Positions 49,101 to 53,673 of a stretch of DNA of 64,000 nucleotides are shown piece by piece (positions within the stretch are counted from its first letter, which is position 1; every line of letters starts with the position of its first letter). The notes under the pieces are model-generated. The model worked only from the letters and a program-made list of their open reading frames with translations, was not told the origin of the DNA and made no database searches. The translations under genes were made by a program, and so were the position numbers. Source of the DNA: an uncultured virus (IMG/VR IMGVR_UViG_3300037847_003885) (Duplodnaviria > Heunggongvirae > Uroviricota > Caudoviricetes); IMG/VR virus record IMGVR_UViG_3300037847_003885, positions 1-64,000 of that record; one strand, written 5' to 3'.

Positions 49101-50130
49101 AGTTGTAAGGAACATGTGGTAAGTATGATGTAGCAACTGTATTGGGGGTAGTAAAATTATTATTTATTTCATAGTTACCCATGCTGTAAGGTGATTGAGT
49201 AAAATCAATTGTGGGGCTAGTTGAATCGTATTCTTTACCTGTTAATCTTTTAATCAAGGCTTGAGCATTAGTAGCGGGTATAGTTAAAGTGGTAGTTGTA
49301 CCATTAGAAGCGGCAGTAAAAGCGGTAAATTCATATTCTTCTTCTATAATATCTAGCGGTTCTTCAAAACGATATAATGCTGTAGTCGTTTCTCCGTCAT
49401 CCATAGGAACATTAGGTGTGATAATTTGGTCATCAAATTCAGTTGCAAAATGTATAGATTCTATTGCACCCCTAAAATCTCCACCTTTTCCGCCGATATA
49501 TACATGAGCAGTAGAGTCAGTTATAGAAGCATCATTCGGTAAAGATTGAGATATTACAACCTGTCCATTAATAAATAAAGAAATAGCACTATCGGATACA
49601 GCACCTACTATGTGGTACAATGGTCTGTGATTGAAATTTAAATTTGTAGCATCATTATAATTACTTAAATCGTAACGATTGTAAGAGTCATGTACACTGC
49701 CATAATCTTGTTCGGGGTATACGACACCACTCCACCTTGTAGTTGCATCACTAGCAGTAGTAAGTGTGAATGGCTTAGTTCCATCAGTAGTATCTAAGAA
49801 AACAGTAAACTTAGCCGGTCCGGGTGTATCTACTGTACCTAGTTCTAACATAAATTGATTTTCTCTTTCTGCAATTATACCACCACAGTCGGGTATAACC
49901 CAAGCCTCAACAGTAAATTGATTTTCAAATCTACTGTTTATTTTTGTTGTTTCATCTTTACCGTAACCTGTTTTTGATAGAATATCGGATGGTGTTTTCT
50001 TTGTTTTAGTGTTTGTAGTTCCAACAGATGACTCATCACCTAACTTAGTAAATCTACCTTGTGGTATTACAATAGATTCACTCACTCCATCAAAGAAGAA
50101 AGCGTGGCTTGACCTACCTATTGCTACCAT
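31195..50130 (-). CDS. Giant 6311-aa virion protein (tail fibre/adhesin-like) with LamG/ConA-like domains
   Basis: Uninterrupted ORF; N-terminal FTVEAWV...LFING...IGG...FRG; C-terminal GLVLWLDA...WKDQSGN...G.VAEVI.YN..L. Confidence 0.85.
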   Translation of the reverse strand: MVAIGRSSHAFFFDGVSESIVIPQGRFTKLGDESSVGTTNTKTKKTPSDILSKTGYGKDETTKINSRFENQFTVEAWVIPDCGGIIAERENQFMLELGTVDTPGPAKFTVFLDTTDGTKPFTLTTASDATTRWSGVVYPEQDYGSVHDSYNRYDLSNYNDATNLNFNHRPLYHIVGAVSDSAISLFINGQVVISQSLPNDASITDSTAHVYIGGKGGDFRGAIESIHFATEFDDQIITPNVPMDDGETTTALYRFEEPLDIIEEEYEFTAFTAASNGTTTTLTIPATNAQALIKRLTGKEYDSTSPTIDFTQSPYSMGNYEINNNFTTPNTVATSYLPHVPYNLIINPGAINRNTQKPNQSPPERLRILSINGSSGVITVNSIHIDFNIASSGSRGILHSRTANVDNYFVIIPADLVIDLVTGKPYQPPHFNTQIIDKTGQMVLDETANEQHGIVYSSQMATTTSHPSNPFAVTWPSTLDVNYQIGHSGRHKFSHIKGHEYMRRYPRPTSLQIDQVITGSADIVQMDFSNTAKGVHRLFNPNELADFYSENSQAPITNVVNSAKASLVVTNGLPASKEEIIAIDVSDHKPFMLKGPIPENYTRDTLTTDERDYHIRPESESRIALLHVPTLRTTHNLAPYVEIHYNALDLLGDSMQAASASPTPMLMVEKTIPKGSTVLTGTTTVLDVIKADLADANKDSTIFSAGGYIDLESSVANQTEYFEKTNSLIGDNAGGAEYDFEISYATTPRKADNSVGYTPPSDINAQPATTPQVIASSHNKSTHQSVYHKLCIEPMSVDKVNKLEDLGNNQFKKKAEKVNSSTGVFDVGGIHQGSPIFEMFDIIDNEYIGDAHTSARIYIQPSNKSRTNQLAKLRDGVDKGETANIISLFYLMSRTRIRSVKQIDSNQDNSVITQITASGVAEEAINENVTFTGSGSPDSHVVKEVDVDAPVVSVTLGGPGQGAINTKPTYDPSPLMRLPGSTRRNCAVQAISVCTLDAAKTISVQPLNNKSEDIQSWGTYAFPKKGRIFLQSGGSAEYASKVGAGFVFDDTDAIAQRKYLSAGDEVFSTFNEWCIGVGLINNAVKDTYSINEILFNDDNFNLENMCEDGSTINDRLFQAIDDVTHDYQLGTQYASTRAMVEIPIFPQQFFSQKNDGIFPGPDNSMKLHLDATYTAHTWNPSPVGRRVDDLPPNDREVVSAYDNKNSPTKTFITKIVKDGDFLQLHVDNVNIFPTPVSGNFNNFKSINIESKVFLEDGSWAYISAIGSDFIKIRDAPITIGDGGYHGFSSDDFVNKLTTGCTLTTGRSLSALQSINSDVNTPTSDYEGRSIFYHDNANMQTQGGNLDYGLRQYVSAVEFKAGPLSNPHAPRTKTKRASATIIQAKQVSSQVYALELDNVDSFIDTNYTLDISGNPDIGIGDLLVVGKILTTTPIEVLYLGTQFNNQYSFSSTTNNTVLVHFGTGVTVPSLKDIEFRLEKIGRSHLALSSFAQTTIQELTVSTFRPVVDDEVYEFASTYTAGSTDEIAFDNGPYRNPAANSFGVNIRPGDMIYREDGTSGAIAYVGVVKYVHSEHYRDVTSGSDCLIKLTTNNVSAINNNDILRIGINSVIANDADAILNRTWCNPYAAGGLRNGDTVWMNMTMNNAHAVEGLFCKSRGVFNEGQVYKAFNGGQGQLANRPRDSIPLENFLIGDTCLETAINFVQHVNKTIELNYEAMGLSASQAPTVAYIDPYLSSDSHARVLLYDVAHDREFISFHDIHMQVQTSPSVPVIGHTRNLVTETGYYSLDEVLVKWNGGAPHYLTTQLDVANGFPSENKYLRSTQQSKFIESAYAHNVPNMYYNGENIFSLENPLDEIDSATLASPISSINTLTNLQFMGKGHGHFVHSNGYHGSSTYHPSASSLPRTEPATQSSFYASKKHNELRITLGDKNISPIVRTLKQHRLDQSGSTFEDNSTFFDTPDGTRVISAFLCLKGIRNENLNLVNHEESRLQHLPQWTQMDYIRRQTIDFGEVGVKVGGTDIEAAAREIVRMINQGAAKNGRTHARRPSSNYPGESERMDLTRIGVREDVLNPNKDPASAHVNADFAATGSTHDPAPFWSVEHAMTSQDRGSHMGYLRAHLGRIVEDNNGVIGYTIVIHSTVPGASGRNFCVWLDNSKGQSPYQPKFLIGHGGRFRNFWCQQDELMGENMHPAPMPLNKDGRPFAPITSLRELVKQDNRFGDISNNNDDVDGIIGSGSYSNTVFTESFEGQSQTSSIVEGLRVGTRAIGRINFGGLVASGIPGFAPTDGEFGVGNVLGGSSAYLQYTNVSQYNSSLGEGQLYGFRLTDHRGKSYGVRYVYKQLGEEFFNDNTFVPNTLSEEVGIFINHKDISEGGFTIKNNITGLGDVTGQLSNSGITTVKSYNGNRFNGVYSPDSVINASVKWESTNKTLTVKFYVGSIYNPNSASELQNVDDILGYLGFPKTNGVIQLNDTHINTTLGAGFLGHTLSYTSRTQLGVGTSSSSTHIFYGVKGSNMTVNHQVTNAGGEVGTTTPTGITSIGTSVSHPSSSGSWAYLAISSRMNWTTLLTDEVLAAATEAAINATNVTTEEGISFDCRHLLAADGRTLGDWGVSADAIRIRAFDVTNEKLIPPSTMFECVLDKDRGIEAAHQEYGLYTTLSPTTITASTGTNKPLSDIDIGNNKFLSCGYIPKTVLQIVSKGRGFHANTPTPILVDSTNNPIDISNWSNNLKGISYTRNPGDHILPCVNEVSVGVISDVKCKTSVSTVSVVFGGNKYPRDINLQSRGIGGAKRLQTTAFGTGFVAGTIYEATGGTGHGLKLRFPYVDGSGRPVTTSGGSTFLGLSNGTNNQFFELCIIDTGEGYTVGDTLSVTPASGTPHNFTVLQVSNISGFQAKATNTTLGGTITAISVSNRGTGASTTGTITTDYITLKSREEDFLRPCVLKVTAVLNEDLEGLCTFSYNQNLHGTLVPTSIDTNTDFTRIAPKGETGVFFIGSQMNARLRNDGNELQALQGNTAFVNKFANPVFVDTNVIFVKSNQYQINGRRFYGSVDSEPIVYFRGAKDSVDHSVPLYFGGGFTGVTMDINDGTQNDYSSFYTHPYSNGPTGTAGIQNANEISTSFATIDCNALFAFFPGAALVNQNRGSYTPPVFNKDNILSPDIFAGHLSGNDSPNWLQSKYSAGVIKQKPTPLVLQFAHPTARYDDYIDAKDTQTTEYTHRNVNVKNKTSYHIYGPGQAIPFSESTHDIRPSSATYPTNTIEPHPGTVVTVGNSWSKVPYGMNLPNELINDALKFAPPTSTYQVDRHKYHFAVPRGQALNWSPPEGIPNIGKLKQRPSHGYHYGEHFIHPVSGKVDANNSADYRKAHPYKHCAMAHYGIAMSADMTWHMDGGYHPGGHWLDNQVAVNFKNHTSGAFTPKFNWTPTHPTAFRVSSRLVSDGTGRRGGVASGYNLVDGSTVETESDIIIVDATRCQNGEELATIIGQAINENPGKGALKALGGTFMPSMGNANRQDRYGWVELEFESYNINGGYTLPNSSGEYFGDGTHTFPNNSFMYVVARGFSQSQTALEQIPMSGWIRTDKGGREKFFDGTTDIPMFAPYHTREIVNISNNDYKVVFWLAPNRISGLPLFEDGYTFYDKCETPTQLSFPSPGTSVSVIERGEATTVIFPQPTKVFVWSKAGVHRFNNENEPTRDHMTQVHFSGLVDAIDRTRPVGAVGWAGERYSYLNSLKVETDGGGNKLYAAGLGAWYEKLGFSPYGSSNSCMGLFGVIPSQGIQNSPDASPIINGRSNYLTGGMGNPYTVSNMFTPTLAFNNSYYSNYTFTNTVGSPHFKSVLSDEGDQNAQLGVYGRAFLVVSHESELPLVAKYDRDGIRGLGDWLNVVAAKTAPGIDASTAITFAGTTRWDERFHGSNRFIAPATAGPKVEALITPNLQIPTDDIPALGVHESFPLLSKTEAIDLSVTLTPSSSDVTTSDTKGLAVGMYLSHANLPINTQIVSITNSTTFVISTTPTSLSSPTTVTARLIAFGEDDISNATPCLHPTGDISTDSRISPATKLLNNSSLYLNRQGFQSELNTPFGQMVDRTELQADYGTIHDNAHISNTNAFNVGRKSVSRNFTIENIVWKRMDGGNLSLPSLNAKGLGAVPFITRVKNNAPLTMGEKIFGNNRFTFETTNSSMFPIIQAQELMHPQLATKFPSEIKNALIIPNEEIQFQSISVEDDTGQVHTIEGGSPFGTIIRGFRKVSDRASEGLAPAVESNEEKYVGVEPNLEIQLPDPNTIPGNILVRSGFDSIQAYQHETLGSGGMMRPSNRNHNGAGQIFDEDFDKLNGLNPSAVTIESPRLGPTYEDYGWEHISQDLDGDIRFPDSTKKGWTETTGNNPLNTSYKLHDRSLFFHITKKAIGFTEKFPVGYSHANGVETQTPSVTQYASGDFTLSEALNVNVFAWGSKGDLHDINRNDVDGWENNYFRIRDTTTGREALVSGVVTAARSSANVVRNVVLTKEAARILFNNEDIESIDINSANFTYSNIQILPSFPVTAGNTRLFAARRMRDHSEVSGNSPDARHQIMKHSEQGLQDTIDNIQRNRTVVYHRFEGGETPLAYYLHNMNLSPMAIPRMGHHFVNATMAVMPGHWAHPAYQNLYHKHRACRSATLGLKEKLQYEIGVVDADTHAVYDPLLVFGGVTATPSGPSDIHGGSFSLMFETKIKHDGYGILASEGEAGTINAAGGHTIVLRAGMRHTFNNHFPDPSKVGAYQIIIQPNVFSSQFIGFHQNGPNNDLPNGSVVSLTSQQVALVVGIRELDTDTGGMALVLANATMADVRGCEVMINEVMLDHDPDHGGQFTNIPNLMTYNPFGVQSTEAPAFTRHSLPYHPQMFVQSTPGMTTNIPWWSIVHPQKPTITTGSNSAKGFRFLSHHRLDNYYLFIRANAGSIGAQLTLAGYPSTYPNMYDEVLRSVSLNPNCKFISESSNVLTVDDASDFPIEPMYGEMIYYIDANGVRRTSNWSSRSGFDATNMNKPKLITLSSPPAGFVSNLTADTILRLTKQNDTSRNASEIFTDSERSIMTRTLPQTLQGSRDTNSLHVPDAFICTWSPNLERPNAPFLDYRRNPTNHMYSSYETIHYHDSTYYASLGPFALDIQTPKIITSIATNRLVASHATNTITTNNTGVNLSVGDRISVDGRIYTVQSDSSGVITVREDTPNEITVGSAVMIGGIGDSMQGVTGKDNAGNSYRNQGGSSFYGHSTLGQGMSIQLNNYWPCGSRGGPITSRLDGFGYVSTGWMLPTVYAVDDAGPIWHDDGDDGSYDVNAGVDERDYENSLISWGSYTSGDMPNTRPRPFGYRFGLRQPYNKPRWAWYGMRTYLEQGIGLSFLSVDYKHGPLVEARHRTSTWIYAGGESSPSGGNSTFDTTYVGILERQTNFAGMENMIPNNLTNTYGRVTRYSDGMRMTRPFGCPVRTIRNESDLSNNTETNLTLKPHIRREWLGDDYGHGLVDVAHASQYYLVDWWGNTRGEDVRRMPVRGFGVSPAWSPKEGINEHGYNGPNKFITGGSANPYNPFYMGHSFYNFKKIISPHLGNGQGSPVLYQLVSNAQGTAWFTSPYDTIPSQVGNYNAINSGIQNEIVDFFFPATARRVGDEGGGRGNRYPTAFNQQYFGDLDILDELPHRVGQGVVPKTKGAVLSYNTAEPNIGDGYIRPKNSLLGTDEVPRGISARLLIDDYGLLKPEATLGARQLGSLSGTGYSTNFITTPYSDVISRSSPKIGLDVENFEGIDNNAMIVNTEAHSLHTNRQVGQRGILQHAYVSADINLISVGYLTGAVSHIYNNTSMFKNIGGTNILDLKNYSAPVDLGSWGNLIPTNGLVLWLDAESLQLNNGDNVAEWKDQSGNNRHVTQSVTADQPTYVASDAAFNGKSVVNFATDDVLTTPFDAELNTNEFTTFVVMCTNNDNSNYQAGFESRTFSGGSRRGYNIYANMTGSNNRWEFWVGQDGSWNNINSANGSAVVNQPNILTMFIEGGNGAGASVTAQTLRVDGTQVATATPNYYKNATEPTQVGRVNDIGSGSTFSLIGKVAEVIKYNRHLTDAEMGTVEGYLSLKYNISGPTQNKSSNPYVTSLYNTDSNKTEKEISLMLRPIKKNEKDRLQFFSFNILHTTSPQYIGFTSTRNYNHATVGGKYGIFAYDMPNARASEGFYLRATNPDTNPPYAPMYNDTNLYGELELKGHRSGLADIGTNGITFTSTVLGVPSINNDIGRVVITENTLQHYRADASRKKTINEDGTKITRKDYTVQPRFSQSLHPKGHKGDVSFNEGDHTNDGS

Positions 50131-50139
50131 GTCTTTCCC

Positions 50140-51525
50140 TCATATTATGAAACTAGCCGGAATAAATTGAATGTTAAAAGAATAAACAGGTTCACCACCT
50201 ATTTGTACAAAAGTAGCCTTAGTTACACCACCTTTAATGAATGACCTGTCATTGTTACTATCGGGTTCGTCGGGTTTAGTAGAAGCCGATACTGCATCGT
50301 TTACGCTTTTACTATCTAAAGTTTCAAATCTACCTGTAGGCATAAAAAAGTTTACAGGTTCATATTTATTTCCATTAGTAGCCTTTATGCTTGAGTTAAA
50401 TGGTATTTGTATACCAATAATATAATCACCAAATTTATCTTTTTTCTGTATCCCTTTATTATTTTTAGAATTATTTAGTGTACCATATAATGTCATGACT
50501 TTATCACCCGCACTCATACCGTGGAACAATCCACCTTGGTCAGTGCCTCCACTAAATGTGGTAAATCGAGGTTTTATACTTATAGCACCAAATTTAAAAT
50601 CATTAAACTTAGGTGTACCGCTATTACCATCTTTACCTGCTACAGTTTGTGTAATTTTCACAGCAGTATTAGCCTCACCGGAATTTGGTGAAGTTGTTAG
50701 AGTAGCACTAAAACCCGTAATAGGAGTTGATAATGTACCATCATTAATTAATTTAACAAGATTTGTTGCCATTTGTTTAGCCGTTAGAGCAGTGCCAACA
50801 GATGCTACATTAAATGTTCCACCACTACCACCGGCTATTGTTAATGTATTTCCTACAACAAAATTCTTACCGGGGTGAGCGATGTTGAATTCTGTAATTG
50901 CACCACTACCATCTACTGCTGTAATGTTTACTTTACAATCACTACCTGCCCCACCACTCACCGCAACATCATTTGCAATACTATAACCACTACCACCAAC
51001 AAGTGTGTTGGTTGTTTGTACACCATTGGTAGTTGCTATTGAAAAATGATACCTACTACTTCCACTATCTAAAGCATGAGAAAGTTCACTTTTTGATGCG
51101 TATAATTCAAAAGTAGTACCTGCTGTATTTTTTAATTTAATCGGGGTATCAAGATTAGCAATATCACCTATTGTGAGACCATCAAAACCATCTGTTATTA
51201 TTTGTTCATCATCGAATCTTGTATTTACAGTATAGCCCGTACCTAAATAACCCAATCCGGGTGCGGTTTCTATTCTTGAAAAATCAATTACACAACTAGA
51301 CTGTATTGCACTGCCTACATTCATTAAATCATCATCAGTAAATACACCTTCTAATATTATAACTGCCCTTGATAAATTAAAGTCAGTAGCAAATCTATCA
51401 CTACCTGTGAAAATTAAAGGTGTAGCATTAAAATTTCTATCTACATCTAAAGTAACTGTAGTAACGGGTAATTGTATAGTTTGTCCATCTACTCTAACTA
51501 ACCTAACAGGAATGTTCTGTGACAT
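50140..51525 (-). CDS. Tail protein (distal-tail-like) with inserted Gly-rich beta module
   Basis: Immediately after tape measure; GGSGY...PGKNFVVGNTLTI module. Confidence 0.55.
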   Translation of the reverse strand: MSQNIPVRLVRVDGQTIQLPVTTVTLDVDRNFNATPLIFTGSDRFATDFNLSRAVIILEGVFTDDDLMNVGSAIQSSCVIDFSRIETAPGLGYLGTGYTVNTRFDDEQIITDGFDGLTIGDIANLDTPIKLKNTAGTTFELYASKSELSHALDSGSSRYHFSIATTNGVQTTNTLVGGSGYSIANDVAVSGGAGSDCKVNITAVDGSGAITEFNIAHPGKNFVVGNTLTIAGGSGGTFNVASVGTALTAKQMATNLVKLINDGTLSTPITGFSATLTTSPNSGEANTAVKITQTVAGKDGNSGTPKFNDFKFGAISIKPRFTTFSGGTDQGGLFHGMSAGDKVMTLYGTLNNSKNNKGIQKKDKFGDYIIGIQIPFNSSIKATNGNKYEPVNFFMPTGRFETLDSKSVNDAVSASTKPDEPDSNNDRSFIKGGVTKATFVQIGGEPVYSFNIQFIPASFII

Positions 51526-52532
51526 TAGAATCGCCCCCTGTGTGTAGAGCCACCAATAGAACGAGCAACTTCTTGTTGAATCATATTACCAATTTCACGA
51601 GCCAAAGTTCTCTTATCGCTTCTATCAGTAATACCACCGGCATTTACAGTGATATTGAAACTGTTACCACCACCCCCGCCGCCTTTTAATTCAACGGGTA
51701 TAGAACGACCACCCGATAGAGGCACTATGGCTTCTGTACCGTGAAGCATAGCAGGGTAACCACTCTTAGGACCGGTAGCAATACCACCTTCGGAGAAGCC
51801 CAAAAACCCACCTACTTTACTAATACCTCCGCCTATAAAGTCACCAACACCACCTATTACATCACCCACCATGTCTACAATATCTTCAATAAAGTCAAAC
51901 AAAGGTTGTAACAAATCCATCACAAAACTTATCGCACTATTAAATCCGTCTTTAATAAAATTAAATGCAGTAGTAAAAGCACCTACTACAGCATCAGCCA
52001 CACTAGATAATGCCGAACTTATAGCATCTATAGCGTTACTTGTTGGCTCTAATAAATAGTCATTAATTGCATCACTTGCGGCACTATATGCATTACTTGC
52101 CCCTTCGGACATTGTATCCCAAGCACCACCAAGCCAACTGAAAAAACCATCTATAGGTTGTAAAACATATTCATCAAACATAATACCTATTGCTTGCCAA
52201 CATAAATCTGCAAACTCTTTGATACCATCCCAAACACCACCAAGCCAATCAAAGAAACCCTCTATCGGGTCTACAATCCATTCTTGGAAAATGTTACCTA
52301 TACCTTCCCAACACTCACTACCGAATGCCTTAATGTCATCCCAAACACCACCAAGCCAATCAAAGAAATCTTTTAGTGGTTCAATTAGATATTTATTTAC
52401 AACTGATTTTATTCCTTCCCATACTTTACTCGCTATTTGACCTATATTTTGAAATTCCGGGCCAATTTTACCAACAAGACTCGCTACATTAGTCATTAAT
52501 GCTATTAATGCACCACCGCCCGCTACTGCCAT
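51525..52532 (-). CDS. Short tape measure protein
   Basis: Trp/Phe-periodic amphipathic repeats; C-terminal F..GGI..GP...HGTEAIVPL; follows chaperone pair. Confidence 0.75.
   Translation of the reverse strand: MAVAGGGALIALMTNVASLVGKIGPEFQNIGQIASKVWEGIKSVVNKYLIEPLKDFFDWLGGVWDDIKAFGSECWEGIGNIFQEWIVDPIEGFFDWLGGVWDGIKEFADLCWQAIGIMFDEYVLQPIDGFFSWLGGAWDTMSEGASNAYSAASDAINDYLLEPTSNAIDAISSALSSVADAVVGAFTTAFNFIKDGFNSAISFVMDLLQPLFDFIEDIVDMVGDVIGGVGDFIGGGISKVGGFLGFSEGGIATGPKSGYPAMLHGTEAIVPLSGGRSIPVELKGGGGGGNSFNITVNAGGITDRSDKRTLAREIGNMIQQEVARSIGGSTHRGRF
52116..52368 (-). repeat. Three 111-nt (37-aa) repeats in tape measure gene
   Basis: CATCCCAAACACCACCAAGCCAATCAAAGAAA at 52226 and 52337, variant at 52116 (FFxWLGGxWD). 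Confidence 0.85.
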
Positions 52533-52536
52533 CTAA

Positions 52537-52812
52537 TCACTCCCAATCTAAAAATGAATAATCTAACGATACCACTTCTCTATCCCCTGCTTTTGCTTTT
52601 TGTTTTTGTACTTCTCTATTTTTATCTCTATGTTCTCTTACTGCTAAAGCCCATGTCAGTGATTGTTGAAATATCGGTAAGGGCATGTTGTAAACATCGT
52701 GGAGTGATATACCGTAGTGTGATGCTACAATATATGCATATAACTCCGCTTGAAGGGTTAAATCCTCAACTTCTGTATACTGTTTTTTGTTGAGAAATTT
52801 GTTCACCTTCAC
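52537..52812 (-). CDS. Tail assembly chaperone, second (gpT-like) ORF
   Basis: Between gpG-like ORF and tape measure; reachable by -1 frameshift. Confidence 0.65.
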   Translation of the reverse strand: MKVNKFLNKKQYTEVEDLTLQAELYAYIVASHYGISLHDVYNMPLPIFQQSLTWALAVREHRDKNREVQKQKAKAGDREVVSLDYSFLDWE

Positions 52813-53183
52813 CTTTTCGGCGTTGTAAACCCCCCCTGCAAAGCCTCCGCAATATCGTTAGGTTGTGGTAAGACCTTAGTAATTTGGTCACCAACATACC
52901 CACTAAGAGAAATTAATTCACCGGATGTCAAAGCCGGGTTGGTTTCAGTTATCCAATTAGAAAATGCAAACTTCCAATATCCTTTCAAGTTCATTGTAAC
53001 ATCGCCCTTGTTAATTACAAACATTTCTTGGGCGGCTTCTTGTATATCTAAGAAAGATACATCTCTTACATATACTTCCATAATTAGACTTTCATCATTA
53101 GGGTCTACCCTAATTTCATGTCTAGTTACATCATTCTTCTTCAATAATAGGCTCTTGTTCTTCACTATCTGTGGTTTGGTCAT
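52809..53183 (-). CDS. Tail assembly chaperone (gpG-like)
   Basis: Position upstream of tape measure; ends near a G7 slippery run. Confidence 0.65.
   Translation of the reverse strand: MTKPQIVKNKSLLLKKNDVTRHEIRVDPNDESLIMEVYVRDVSFLDIQEAAQEMFVINKGDVTMNLKGYWKFAFSNWITETNPALTSGELISLSGYVGDQITKVLPQPNDIAEALQGGFTTPKR
52827..52836 (-). other. Predicted -1 programmed ribosomal frameshift site (G GGG GGG TTT)
   Basis: -1 frame reads GGVYNAEK directly into VKVNKFLNKK of ORF 52812. Confidence 0.65.
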
Positions 53184-53664
53184 TTATGTCACTTCCATTG
53201 GATGCGGCTACCTCTTCGGTAGGGGCTTCCGGCTCTACATCCGGGGTCGCTTCTGCGAGGCCGTCAGTTTCACCTGTTTCGGTTGTTATCCCTTCATCGT
53301 TCTGCCTTAGACGCAAAACAAGTTCTGCTTTAGTTCCATATACAGGGAGATTTCTCTCCTTGCAAAGTTCCTTTAATTCAGTAACTTTTAGGGAATCGTA
53401 TTGCTGAACATCAGCAGGGAATGGGTTTATTGCCTCTTCTTGTACAAGAGGATTGATTTCTTCTTCGGTAGTTTCTACAGGAGGGTTGTCTAAAATATCT
53501 TGAACTAAAGATTCTATTTCACCCCTGTTTAATAAACCAATAATTAATTCTTTATTTTGAATTGCATCAAGAACTAATTGTAACTCTACACCATTGGTTT
53601 CGCACACCCATCGAGCGTAGTTTAGTGCGCCCATTCTTCTATATTTGATAAGTGATTTCTTCAT
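53131..53664 (-). CDS. SAP-domain acidic protein
   Basis: YDSLKVTELKELCKERNLPVYGTKAELVLRL matches the SAP motif. Confidence 0.8.
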   Translation of the reverse strand: MKKSLIKYRRMGALNYARWVCETNGVELQLVLDAIQNKELIIGLLNRGEIESLVQDILDNPPVETTEEEINPLVQEEAINPFPADVQQYDSLKVTELKELCKERNLPVYGTKAELVLRLRQNDEGITTETGETDGLAEATPDVEPEAPTEEVAASNGSDINDQTTDSEEQEPIIEEE

Positions 53665-53673
53665 TTTTTCACC

